64,000 bases of DNA from a virus, in the IMG/VR virus record IMGVR_UViG_3300023296_001674, one strand, 5' to 3'. Of the stretch, positions 9,343 through 18,338 are shown piece after piece. The first letter of the stretch is position 1. Each line of letters begins with the position of its first letter. The notes under the pieces were generated by a model, which had not been told where the DNA came from, did not search any database, and saw nothing but the letters and a program-made list of their open reading frames with translations. The position numbers were made by a program, and so were the translations under genes.

Positions 9343-9672
9343 ATGTCTAAAACAATTTCCCGCGTAGACTTCATTGAACTTATGGCAGATGCTGCAATGC
9401 GACTTCCAGTAACACGCAAGCGCAAGCCAGAGGATGACCCATCTGAATTCATCGACTTGTTTGATTATGATGCAATGTCAAACGAATGGTCGAAAGGTGT
9501 TCAGTGGCTTCGTGGCGTTGGTGATAGTGGCACTTATAAAGTTCCGACACCCGATGGAACATTCAAGCGCGTTCCAATGCGAACTATTGCTGAAATGCCA
9601 GCGTTCATTCAAGAGATTGTTACCGAGGCACAAACTCATTTGAATATCGATTCGATTGTCGAGATCGCTTAA
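9343..9672 (+). CDS. Hypothetical protein
   Basis: ORF track. Confidence 0.7.
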   Translation: MSKTISRVDFIELMADAAMRLPVTRKRKPEDDPSEFIDLFDYDAMSNEWSKGVQWLRGVGDSGTYKVPTPDGTFKRVPMRTIAEMPAFIQEIVTEAQTHLNIDSIVEIA

Positions 9673-9723
9673 CTAATCTTTAATCATTCGGTGCGATACT
9701 TCTTTATGAAAGGAGTATCGCAC

Positions 9724-9879
9724 ATGATTGATTTTTTATTATACTATTCACTTGGTGGGGTTGTTTGGTGTGTATGGACTGAAGTTCTACACCGGAAAGG
9801 ATTCTTAGCCAGACTAGGGTTGATTGTATTCATCCCTTTTGTTGCAATCACTTTAATGTTGGAATCAATACGAAATTAG
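9724..9879 (+). CDS. Small membrane protein (two predicted TM segments)
   Basis: Track ORF trimmed to ATG 9724. AAAGGAG lies in the loop of hairpin gtgcgatact/agtatcgcac (9691-9723). Confidence 0.55.
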   Translation: MIDFLLYYSLGGVVWCVWTEVLHRKGFLARLGLIVFIPFVAITLMLESIRN

Positions 9880-9951
9880 TTATTGACTCTTTTATTAAAA
9901 AATGGTACACTTAGTTATACACTTATTATTAACATTTGAAAAGGAATTGTA

Positions 9952-10452
9952 ATGAGACGTTCATTAAAATTAGTATTAGCCTCGATGTTGATCGTGGCGC
10001 TATCCGGTTGTGTTACACAAGGGAGTGGCGGCGGCGTTGGCACTAAAGGTTTGCTTGGCGGTCTTCTAGGGGCTGGCGTTGGCGGATATGCCGGTTCAAA
10101 TATCGGCGGTGGTAAAGGCAAACTTGCTGCTACTGCAATCGGCGTTCTTGCTGGTGCATGGCTTGGAAATAACGTTGGAAACACGCTTGACGACGTTGAT
10201 CGGTTGAAATCGCAAAAGGTAACACAACGCGCACTTGAACGAAATCCGCAAGGTTCTCCAGCGGTTTGGTCGAACCCCACCAATCGAACCTCGGGAACCA
10301 CGACACCGACTCGAACGTATAAGTCACGAAATAATGAAGATTGTCGAACATATAAACAATCAATAGTTATCAATGATAAAATTGAAACAAAACATGGAAC
10401 TGCATGTAGAATAAATGGGCTTTGGGTAGAACAACAACCGCCCGGCTCATAA
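9952..10452 (+). CDS. Outer-membrane lipoprotein, glycine-zipper / 17-kDa surface-antigen-like
   Basis: Lipobox LSGC after the signal peptide MRRSLKLVLASMLIVA. GxxxG-rich zipper. C-terminal CRTYKQ...GTACRINGLW module. Confidence 0.8.
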   Translation: MRRSLKLVLASMLIVALSGCVTQGSGGGVGTKGLLGGLLGAGVGGYAGSNIGGGKGKLAATAIGVLAGAWLGNNVGNTLDDVDRLKSQKVTQRALERNPQGSPAVWSNPTNRTSGTTTPTRTYKSRNNEDCRTYKQSIVINDKIETKHGTACRINGLWVEQQPPGS

Positions 10453-10577
10453 TATTAAAGATAAAACCAATCTTTTTTTCTATCATCTTTTAAATATTTA
10501 ATAGTTGACAAACTGAAATAATTTGGTATAGTTAAATCATCAACAAACACAAACAACGAAAGAAGAGGCTTAAGACG

Positions 10578-10775
10578 ATGGGTAAAACATTTTCGCGTGA
10601 TCCAGATAGTGACAATTATGCAGGTGGACATATGAAGGCAAATCGCCAAGAAACAAAATTCCGCCGACAAAAATCGGTTCGGAAAGATGCATTGCTAGAC
10701 GAAAGCATGCAACCTGATGAACCAACTTATGGCAAACACACGGATGATTTTAGCCCACGGAAAGACGGCTGGTAA
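10578..10775 (+). CDS. Hypothetical protein
   Basis: ORF track. Promoter TTGACA 10505-10510 / TATAGT 10527-10532. Terminator follows. Confidence 0.65.
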   Translation: MGKTFSRDPDSDNYAGGHMKANRQETKFRRQKSVRKDALLDESMQPDEPTYGKHTDDFSPRKDGW

Positions 10776-10786
10776 TCAATTAAAAA

Positions 10787-10813
10787 GGGAAGCAGAAATG
10801 CTTCCCTTTTTTT
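10787..10813 (+). terminator. Rho-independent terminator
   Basis: gggaagc (10787-10793) pairs with gcttccc (10800-10806), then T7. Confidence 0.8.
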
Positions 10814-10941
10814 ATGCTTGACACTGGTTTAGTTAATTGCTATGTTAAATCGTCGTTGCCCAAGAAAGCGGGTTGATAAAGACTTGACTGACACTACGAA
10901 GTGTTCTATTGATTAATCATAACAACAAAAAGGAACCGAGT

Positions 10942-11301
10942 ATGACTACAGCAGAAGTAATCCCTTTCGCCGTTCTTAAAGCCAAGATCGATGACCGTGA
11001 CATTACACCAGAAGCAATTGAAGAAGCATCGTTTTCACCCGAGGTTGAAGCTGATGTTTTGACAAATTTGCTGGTATCCGGTTTATACAAAGGCATGACG
11101 AATTCTGGCATTGACACCCTTTCGGATGTAAATCAAGAATTACTTGGTGTTATATATGAAATGGTTGGCGCGGTTGTTGATCGCAAATATAAATTGTTTA
11201 ATGAATTCAATGCAATACGTGATATTCAAGCCGAAAAGGGCGATGTTCAACTTGAAACAAATGTTTTTCTAAAACCAAAACAGGAGACAACTGATGCCTA
11301 A
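10942..11301 (+). CDS. Hypothetical protein
   Basis: Track ORF trimmed to ATG 10942 after AAAGGAA. Tandem promoters at 10818 and 10884. Confidence 0.65.
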   Translation: MTTAEVIPFAVLKAKIDDRDITPEAIEEASFSPEVEADVLTNLLVSGLYKGMTNSGIDTLSDVNQELLGVIYEMVGAVVDRKYKLFNEFNAIRDIQAEKGDVQLETNVFLKPKQETTDA

Positions 11302-11704
11302 AGCCGTAACGCAATATGAAACATTCGACGGAAAAGTATTCTCCGACGAAAATGCCGCTGAACAATGGGAACGCAATACAAATAAAGCAAACGCAATCAT
11401 ATCGATGTTTCCGAACAACGGTCATCTTTCATCTGGCGATTTCTATCAGTTATCAAGAGATTTGATTAGCACCGCGAGAATTAAACTTGCCGATGCTTTA
11501 ACTCGTGGCGGCTTCGATGACGAAATGATTAAAGCATTTCGTGATAATACCAGCGATGTAATCGGACGCTATCTCGACGACGGCGGTTCAACATATTATA
11601 AAGCATGGTGGTTATTTTCTTGTATTGACAATCAAGGGCGGATGTTCAATCAACCGTTCTTTGCCAATAATCCAAGAGAAATAAGAGATGAAGTTTCCTA
11701 TTGA
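11294..11704 (+). CDS. Hypothetical protein
   Basis: ORF track; 8-nt overlap with the previous gene. Confidence 0.7.
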   Translation: MPKAVTQYETFDGKVFSDENAAEQWERNTNKANAIISMFPNNGHLSSGDFYQLSRDLISTARIKLADALTRGGFDDEMIKAFRDNTSDVIGRYLDDGGSTYYKAWWLFSCIDNQGRMFNQPFFANNPREIRDEVSY

Positions 11705-12435
11705 TTCTTCCAATCATTTTCCCATATCGTGACAAGATTATAGCCGTGAGATTTAATAAGAGTCTCACGGTTCATAGTCTTTTGATATAACTCGCCGAAT
11801 GATTTTTTATTATTGGTGTTGATATGTTCGGGATTGTGTGTATTAGGATTCCCATGCCAATAATCACCATAGAACTCATATATGGTATTTGTGTCAGGGT
11901 CATAACCGTCTGGATATATCCATTGATTATTTAATATTAAAGTTCGTCGCCTATAATCATTTGTATCAGGTAATCCAATATGATCAAGCCACGATTTTTC
12001 CATATATGATTTATTCTGTATAGTTAATGGTCGCAACATAATGGCGCACTTATTACATCCATGATTTAAATGTGCTGATGGTTCTTGTTGAAATATTCCA
12101 TGTTCAGGGCAAATGATATTCACCTTTGTATGCGTGTTATGATAATCAACTAATGAATAATTATATTTATCGCCATGTTTTATCAACGATTTTTGTATAA
12201 ATTTTAATGTAGTTCCCCGTATTTTATCTGAATTATTTTTTATTGCACATTTAATACAGCCTTTTCCACTACTAGTGTGCGAACAAGGCGTCTGTTCAAA
12301 TATTCCATGAGTTGTGCATATTATTTTAACTTTGGTATGGGCGGCAATATATATAGACAATGAATAGTCATATCTATCACCATGAATGGCGATAGCATCT
12401 TGAATGAATTTTGAGGTAGTTTTTCTTCTTGACAT
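11698..12435 (-). CDS. Homing endonuclease, two Zn-ribbon repeats plus Vsr/PD-(D/E)XK-like nuclease domain
   Basis: MSRRKTTSKFIQDAIAIHGDRYDYSL...KVKIICTTHG...CIKC repeated twice, then DGYDPDTNTIYEFYGDYWHGNP. Lone minus-strand gene within a + strand gene array. Confidence 0.85.
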   Translation of the reverse strand: MSRRKTTSKFIQDAIAIHGDRYDYSLSIYIAAHTKVKIICTTHGIFEQTPCSHTSSGKGCIKCAIKNNSDKIRGTTLKFIQKSLIKHGDKYNYSLVDYHNTHTKVNIICPEHGIFQQEPSAHLNHGCNKCAIMLRPLTIQNKSYMEKSWLDHIGLPDTNDYRRRTLILNNQWIYPDGYDPDTNTIYEFYGDYWHGNPNTHNPEHINTNNKKSFGELYQKTMNRETLIKSHGYNLVTIWENDWKNQ

Positions 12436-12500
12436 GTGATATCCTTCCGGTTATAAATACATTGGCGGTAGGACTTACCTTCCGGTGTCCATGTGATACA
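12436..12500 (-). promoter_or_regulatory. Conserved homing-endonuclease 5' leader (copy 2)
   Basis: Minus-strand cacatggacaccggaaggtaagtcctaccgccaatgtatttataaccggaaggatatcacATG. Preceded by the 10-bp hairpin gtgatacata/tatgtatcac. Confidence 0.5.
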
Positions 12501-12616
12501 TACTTGAAATATGTATCACACCGCTCCTATCTATTTATCTTTTTTATTATTAAAACCCTTGACAATGATGGATGTTTGCTTTATATCTAAATCAACTTTA
12601 ATGAAAAGGAATTATT

Positions 12617-13462
12617 ATGAAACTCATAGCGATTAATGCAGATATCACCACGTTGGAAGTTGATTGTATCGTAAATGCATCTAATCCAGCACTAATGCAT
12701 GGCGGTGGGGTATGCGGTGCAATATTTGAAGCCAGTGGCGCAAATGAACTTGCGGGATTTATTGCGCAGAACTATGGGCTAGGATGCTTAACAGGGCAAG
12801 TAGTTGTGACTCCGGGGTTCAACCTACCGGCGAAGTTCATCTTGCACACTGTCGGGCCTGATATGCGCCTATATGCACAAGAAGCGGGTGATACATTGTT
12901 GCAGTTATGTTATATCAACTGTATTGAGGCGGCATTCGATGAAGGGTTGACTTCTATTGCCTTCCCTGCTATCAGTACTGGAATCTTTGGATTTGATAAA
13001 AAACGTGCTGCTACGATTGCAGTTACTACATTGATGGACTACAGTGGTAGCGAAGATATCGAAATTACCTTTGCTTGCTTTGGCGATGAAGATACCGCAA
13101 TAGTTCAAGCCGCGATTGATGATGAAGATGCATCACGGCATTATCTATCATGGTCAATGTATAATGAACAATACGATATTGATTCGGCGGCTGGAAAGTG
13201 TGACATTGAAGGCGATTGGGAAGTGTTATACGCTGACTTATCTACGGATGTTCCTACTGGCATTTACATGGTATCAACAACCTATGATGGCAACCTCGGT
13301 GTAGCGAAAGGCGTTGTTATCAATGATGGTGTATTCGATATCGACCAAACCCTACGCGCTTGTGCGGTTGCCCGTAACAATGCAGGATATTGGGGAACTT
13401 TTCTTGAAGGATTGGATTGGAATAGCGAAACCGAAGAATTTACAGCACACTTCGGTTCTTAA
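12617..13462 (+). CDS. Macrodomain protein (ADP-ribose binding/hydrolase fold) with ~115-aa C-terminal extension
   Basis: ADITTLEVDCIVNASNPALMHGGGVCGAIFEASG and AFPAISTGIFGF are macro motifs. Promoter TTGACA 12559-12564. Confidence 0.85.
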   Translation: MKLIAINADITTLEVDCIVNASNPALMHGGGVCGAIFEASGANELAGFIAQNYGLGCLTGQVVVTPGFNLPAKFILHTVGPDMRLYAQEAGDTLLQLCYINCIEAAFDEGLTSIAFPAISTGIFGFDKKRAATIAVTTLMDYSGSEDIEITFACFGDEDTAIVQAAIDDEDASRHYLSWSMYNEQYDIDSAAGKCDIEGDWEVLYADLSTDVPTGIYMVSTTYDGNLGVAKGVVINDGVFDIDQTLRACAVARNNAGYWGTFLEGLDWNSETEEFTAHFGS

Positions 13463-13520
13463 CACTTGACATCATCGATTAAGTGTTCTATGGTTCACTT
13501 AACAACGAAAGGATAATACA

Positions 13521-13763
13521 ATGTCGGAAATTCGCCACAAAGTAACATTCATGCATGAGGTAGATGGAAAAGACGAACCCTTGACCGTGATGTATGTTTA
13601 TCGTATTCCACAACTCAACGAAATTGTAGTTATGTTGGATTCGAAAATTCGATATCGGGTTCTTGAGGTTCTTAATATTATTGATGATCGAAACATCGAT
13701 TTTAAAAAAGATTATATAACGATGTGTGAAATCGAATATTTCATCAAAGTGTCTTGGAAATAA
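13521..13763 (+). CDS. Hypothetical protein
   Basis: ORF track. Promoter TTGACA 13466-13471 / TATGGT 13489-13494. Confidence 0.7.
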   Translation: MSEIRHKVTFMHEVDGKDEPLTVMYVYRIPQLNEIVVMLDSKIRYRVLEVLNIIDDRNIDFKKDYITMCEIEYFIKVSWK

Positions 13764-13808
13764 TATACAAAGCCTTGACTCTATTATCTAATAGTGTTAA
13801 ATAACATC

Positions 13809-14096
13809 ATGGAACTAAACGACCTCCCATCGGTTGCAGCAATGCACCAACACAAGAACCCCGATCAGAAACGGAATGAACGTCGTATGCAGGAATTTAT
13901 AACTGACGATATGATACACCCCGACGAGCCAGCACCACAACATAGGTCGCCTTCGTTGTTGAATGACACCGCCTCGACAGTTGTGTTCGAGGCTGGCATT
14001 GATACACCGCAAATGAGCCGCGATTGTATCATTGCTATATATGAAAAAATATTGGGTGGCAATCCAGAAACTGAACTTAAAAATCTTTTTGCTTGA
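13809..14096 (+). CDS. Hypothetical protein (possibly leaderless mRNA)
   Basis: Track ORF trimmed to ATG 13809. TTGACT-16-TTAAAT ends 6 nt before the ATG and there is no RBS. Confidence 0.55.
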   Translation: MELNDLPSVAAMHQHKNPDQKRNERRMQEFITDDMIHPDEPAPQHRSPSLLNDTASTVVFEAGIDTPQMSRDCIIAIYEKILGGNPETELKNLFA

Positions 14097-14147
14097 CATT
14101 GGTTCAGTTAGTTGCTATAAAGTAGGTAACTTAACCCGAAAGGAAAC

Positions 14148-14456
14148 ATGATGAGTGATCAAGTAGAAAGCCTGTTAAATGACGTCGTGAAAGATTTTCG
14201 CGAAAAAACTCTCGCCAAAGCAATTGGTGATCATGTCGGAAAAGTCACAGTTCAACATGCAATCACCCTTTTCAAACTGACGACAATTATTTCTGCATTC
14301 ATGGCAATGTTTAAGTTTGCCGCGTTGGGTGGATTCGTAACGATGAGTTGGGGTTGGGTTGCATTTGTATTCTTGTTGCCACTTCCAATTGCGTTTTTTG
14401 ATGCAATCGCTCTTTCATATGTTGCACATCGTATATATGATAAGGACGAGTCATGA
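14148..14456 (+). CDS. Membrane protein
   Basis: ORF track. Promoter TTGACA 14093-14098 / TATAAA 14116-14121. Hydrophobic C-terminal half. Confidence 0.7.
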   Translation: MMSDQVESLLNDVVKDFREKTLAKAIGDHVGKVTVQHAITLFKLTTIISAFMAMFKFAALGGFVTMSWGWVAFVFLLPLPIAFFDAIALSYVAHRIYDKDES

Positions 14457-14716
14457 AAATTGATACCTCACGACTTGCAAATATTATGCGCATCGCGTAT
14501 AACAATCATCACATGAACATGGGTAGCCGTTATTTCTGCAATCGCACCGATGAGATATTATATAACACAATGCGTCGGGCAAACTTAACTGGTTTAGATT
14601 TTTTGGATTGCAGCACGATGTCAAAGAACATATCAACAGTTATGCATGGGTTGTTGCCGTGGAGCAATGATTTATATGAAGAACTTCGTGCATTGTTATT
14701 TGTAGAAACCGCTTGA
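14453..14716 (+). CDS. Hypothetical protein
   Basis: ORF track; ATGA overlap. Confidence 0.7.
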   Translation: MKIDTSRLANIMRIAYNNHHMNMGSRYFCNRTDEILYNTMRRANLTGLDFLDCSTMSKNISTVMHGLLPWSNDLYEELRALLFVETA

Positions 14717-14770
14717 CTCTGGTTCAGTTAGTTGCTATAAAGTAGGTAACTTAACCCGAAAGGAAACACA

Positions 14771-15610
14771 ATGTTCACTTATACCGCAAAAGAAATCAAA
14801 AGCCATATATACAATCATTATAAAATTGATGATGATACTGGCAGGGTCGACGAAGTGTTCGGATGGACTAACTACGGCGTTGATGATTTTCGTGAAGCAT
14901 TGTCGCACGGTATCGAAGTGGCGTTACATAATCACATCGAAAAATCAAAGAAATTATCTACGCGTTTGCGTATTTTGGCTGGTAAGTGGTTGAAATCTAA
15001 AACCATTATCGACGCCATATTTAAATTGGAAGGCAATGTTGTCGACCTGCATGATACCATCACATTGCTCATCGCGTTAAAGCATCGTATCAGAAACGCA
15101 ACCGATCTATCCGACGCAGATCGCCCATCTTATACATATCGTGCCAAAGTGTCCGATTCGTTGCGCGACGAATGTAGCAAATATATTAAAATTACAACAT
15201 TGCGCGACGATGAATTGTTTGTATTGGATTCTCCTCTTTTGGTATGGAGGAACAACGACGACAACAAGTTTTATTCGGTTGCCCACGACTTCGAAATCCG
15301 CGAACATCGCGTAGGTGTAGCGGGTTATGAACATGATCTTGCCAAAGGGGCTGTATCGGTTTCATACTTGATGCATAACTTTAAAACTGATTACACACAA
15401 TATGGTGTATCATATGATGCAGAAACCGGAAACTATTTGCATTGTTCAGTGAATTGTAATGGACCCGAACGCATCGAAAGTTATGAAATTTTCTATGCCA
15501 ATATCGAAGACGCGATTATGGAATCTAAAAAAGGAATTGCGGCATTGAAGAAGAAAAATCGTGCTGTAACAAAAGCCGCAACTGAACACCTTGATAGATT
15601 AGCCGCATGA
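14771..15610 (+). CDS. Hypothetical protein
   Basis: ORF track. Promoter TTGACT 14713-14718 with a UTR identical to that of 14148. Confidence 0.75.
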   Translation: MFTYTAKEIKSHIYNHYKIDDDTGRVDEVFGWTNYGVDDFREALSHGIEVALHNHIEKSKKLSTRLRILAGKWLKSKTIIDAIFKLEGNVVDLHDTITLLIALKHRIRNATDLSDADRPSYTYRAKVSDSLRDECSKYIKITTLRDDELFVLDSPLLVWRNNDDNKFYSVAHDFEIREHRVGVAGYEHDLAKGAVSVSYLMHNFKTDYTQYGVSYDAETGNYLHCSVNCNGPERIESYEIFYANIEDAIMESKKGIAALKKKNRAVTKAATEHLDRLAA

Positions 15611-15738
15611 TCGGATATTTTATCGCTATCGTTTTTGCCTTGACACTTGTGTTGTTTGGTTCTATAACTGTAACCAACGACGCCGAGACGTGTGTCAAGG
15701 CGGAACGCGAGATTTACATGACCTGCACTGAAAGGTAA
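15607..15738 (+). CDS. Small membrane protein (43 aa)
   Basis: Not in the ORF track. ATGA overlap with 14771-15610. MIGYFIAIVFALTLVLFGSITV... Confidence 0.45.
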   Translation: MIGYFIAIVFALTLVLFGSITVTNDAETCVKAEREIYMTCTER

Positions 15739-15742
15739 TACA

Positions 15743-15922
15743 ATGGATTTTACTGGAATATTTTACTTACTTGTCGTGATGTATAATTTGTTTATGCTTT
15801 GGAATATATCTGCTTACAGTTTTTCCGCGTTCGTGATATACAAAGTGCCGACATTTTTAATCGCGGGTGGTATGCTTTGGCTTGCGTTGACCCATTTCGG
15901 TTTTCTTATACAGGTGGGATAA
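15743..15922 (+). CDS. Small membrane protein (59 aa)
   Basis: Not in the ORF track. MDFTGIFYLLVVMYNLFMLW... Its stop overlaps the next ATG (TAATG). Confidence 0.45.
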   Translation: MDFTGIFYLLVVMYNLFMLWNISAYSFSAFVIYKVPTFLIAGGMLWLALTHFGFLIQVG

Positions 15923-16278
15923 TGTATTTTCTTGGCGGCATAGTTGCGCTATTGCCTTGGTTGGGGGGTGTCTACCATGTAATCGTAGCACCCAAACCTG
16001 AAAAAAAGAAACGAGAGAAAAACGAACATCTTTCGATGTGTTATCCAAACCCATCTACAACTATAATTCGTGCTTCAAGATATACATCGTTCATGATAGT
16101 TCGTGAACACGATGAAACATACACTGTTTATGAATGCAGGCACCTTACCAAACTTCGAGCAAACATGAATAGTAAATTGAGGTGCGGCAACAAATTAACC
16201 GCCGAAGGTGCTAGAGCACTTGTAACTGCATTAAGCATTGAAAGCGAATGGGTCGATACACCAATAGTATTCGATTAG
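15922..16278 (+). CDS. Hypothetical protein with N-terminal TM segment
   Basis: Track ORF 15799-16278 trimmed to ATG 15922, coupled to the upstream ORF. Confidence 0.6.
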   Translation: MYFLGGIVALLPWLGGVYHVIVAPKPEKKKREKNEHLSMCYPNPSTTIIRASRYTSFMIVREHDETYTVYECRHLTKLRANMNSKLRCGNKLTAEGARALVTALSIESEWVDTPIVFD

Positions 16279-16335
16279 TGCTTGACAGTGGTTCAGTTAG
16301 TTGCTATAACAAGGCAACAGATAAAGGACAATCAA

Positions 16336-16944
16336 ATGAAAACGCTTCGTAAAAAACTTCTTGAACTTGAACAGATAAATGTTGATCTGCACAAACTCAA
16401 AGCACCCATCGATAAGAAACTTAAAAAGAATTGGGAAGCGATCAAAGTCGTCAGAAAATCTATTGATGAAGAAGACATTGCGACAATGCTCAAGTTAGGC
16501 GTTGATTGGAAATTTCTTTTGAAACCGGCTAATGATTTTGGCAGTACCGAGATGTATAATTATTTCGACACCCAAGTGCATGAATTGGGAATGCATTCCG
16601 GCGGACGCTGGAGAGACACGCGACAGCCAGTGGTGTCAATCATGCTAACACATGGCGACGAGAAAAGCCTTATGAATAACATCGCAGGAGTTAAACTTCT
16701 TTCACCGTTTTATGAACAGGTTGACGGTGCGGTTCCGTTTGCAATATTTGATCATGGTTTGTCAGAATATGCAGTATATTCAATGACTTATAACCCAACA
16801 ACCAATGAAGTTATTCTAAAGACATTGCGTCATGGCAGAACCGAAGAGAATTTCCTTGGGGCGTTGCCGGATGCTATGAAGCACATACAAGATCATCATT
16901 GGTATGATGGGAAAGAAGAAGATCATGACGACGATGATTATTAA
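16336..16944 (+). CDS. Hypothetical protein
   Basis: Track ORF trimmed to ATG 16336. Promoter TTGACA 16282-16287 / TATAAC 16305-16310. Confidence 0.7.
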   Translation: MKTLRKKLLELEQINVDLHKLKAPIDKKLKKNWEAIKVVRKSIDEEDIATMLKLGVDWKFLLKPANDFGSTEMYNYFDTQVHELGMHSGGRWRDTRQPVVSIMLTHGDEKSLMNNIAGVKLLSPFYEQVDGAVPFAIFDHGLSEYAVYSMTYNPTTNEVILKTLRHGRTEENFLGALPDAMKHIQDHHWYDGKEEDHDDDDY

Positions 16945-17009
16945 TTAGTGCTTGACAGCGATTTGGATAACTGCTATACAATGATCATCTTAAACAAAAG
17001 GTGGACAAC

Positions 17010-17216
17010 ATGACCGACAAACCAAAATTCTTATTCGAATATACAGTTGTGTATTCAAAAGGTGCAACGTCAGCACGGTCTGATCTTAAAGACCGAGTCG
17101 AAGAACTTCTTAATGATGGATGGGAGTTGGCTGGCGGTGTTGCTATGAATGAAACCGATAAATTGTTCAGTATATGTCAGGCATTAACCAAAAAGGTGGA
17201 ACTTCACTATGATTAA
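17010..17216 (+). CDS. Hypothetical protein
   Basis: Trimmed to ATG 17010 after AAAGGTGG. Promoter TTGACA 16952-16957 / TATACA. Confidence 0.65.
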   Translation: MTDKPKFLFEYTVVYSKGATSARSDLKDRVEELLNDGWELAGGVAMNETDKLFSICQALTKKVELHYD

Positions 17217-17451
17217 TACATTTGCAAAAGGCGACAGCGTTCGCGTGCATCATCAGTATACGCATTTCACCACCATTGGTGTTGATATGACTGTCACCGA
17301 CGTTGTCATTGAAGACGTTGACGGCGAACTGGTAACGTTTTATGAAACCAATAAGCCATGTTCAGTTAATGGCCCATATTACAACGACTTTGAGTTGGTC
17401 AAACTGGACGATACATCGAAACCATTTATCTTTAAGATGGCAATCGCATAG
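17209..17451 (+). CDS. Hypothetical protein
   Basis: ORF track; 8-nt overlap. Confidence 0.7.
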   Translation: MINTFAKGDSVRVHHQYTHFTTIGVDMTVTDVVIEDVDGELVTFYETNKPCSVNGPYYNDFELVKLDDTSKPFIFKMAIA

Positions 17452-17468
17452 CTTCCATAGCAAAATAG

Positions 17469-17512
17469 CCATAGCACCTATAGGAAATAACCTATAGAAG
17501 CTATGGTTTTTT
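17469..17512 (+). terminator. Rho-independent terminator
   Basis: ccatagcacctatagg pairs with cctatagaagctatgg (internal mismatches), then T6. Confidence 0.7.
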
Positions 17513-17569
17513 CACTCGACAATGGTATAGTTAATTGGTATAACTGTATCAACTTGAAAAGGAACCGTT

Positions 17570-17854
17570 ATGAAATTCACATACAGAACACGCCACATTC
17601 CTTCTGGATCAATATCAGATACCGATGTTGAATGCTATACCGAAGTTGATTTTTTACGGTACTTGAACAAATGGAATGTTGAAGGTAGGGGTTGGTATAT
17701 ATACACCGCTGTTAGCATAACGAATCATTTCCCAATGGCAGGCGCTGCACACGCCCTGAGTAATACAGTTATCGTCCGTAAACCATTGCGCGATATGGAT
17801 GGAGTCAACGCGGACGGTGGATACTGGCAGTCAATTACCGAAACAACCCATTAA
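17570..17854 (+). CDS. Hypothetical protein
   Basis: ORF track. Promoter TCGACA 17516-17521 / TATAAC 17539-17544. Confidence 0.7.
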   Translation: MKFTYRTRHIPSGSISDTDVECYTEVDFLRYLNKWNVEGRGWYIYTAVSITNHFPMAGAAHALSNTVIVRKPLRDMDGVNADGGYWQSITETTH

Positions 17855-17875
17855 CATTAACAAAAGGGAACGATC

Positions 17876-18091
17876 ATGACCGACAATAAACGAAAGACTG
17901 AACTCGATGCCGCTGACATAGCCAAGATCATCGGAACTATTTGTGGTCTTATTGCAATCGCTTTTGCAATGTGGCATCTTGGCAGTTGGATTCATTGGGA
18001 ATACTTAACCAAGCCGCATGTTCTCGATGCGATGTGTGAAGTTATCGACCCGGCGACGTTCAATGACCCGACAATTTGTCATCGGGAATAA
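17876..18091 (+). CDS. Small membrane protein
   Basis: ORF track; RBS AAAGGGAA; TM segment IIGTICGLIAIAFAMW. Confidence 0.7.
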   Translation: MTDNKRKTELDAADIAKIIGTICGLIAIAFAMWHLGSWIHWEYLTKPHVLDAMCEVIDPATFNDPTICHRE

Positions 18092-18200
18092 GTGTGTCAT
18101 AAATGACACAGGTGTGATATAATTATCACACATTGAAAACTGCCTCGATTGGTGGTGTATTCATACCGATAAAAAAAGATAAGTCAACCTAAAATAATGG

Positions 18201-18246
18201 TTGACTTATCTATTGACTCTGTTATTATACTGGTAGGGAGGGATGA
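18201..18246 (+). promoter_or_regulatory. AGGGAGGGATGA-class promoter, copy D
   Basis: TTGACT 18201-18206, 16 nt, TATTAT 18223-18228, 6 nt, 12-mer 18235-18246. The -35 lies in the right arm of the 13-bp hairpin agataagtcaacc/ggttgacttatct (18177-18211). Confidence 0.6.
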
Positions 18247-18338
18247 CCTTTTTATAAATAAAATGATTAAAATAAGGTGTTGACTATGATTCACTTATCC
18301 TTTATAACTGAACCAACGCTTTAACAAGGAGATTTTTT

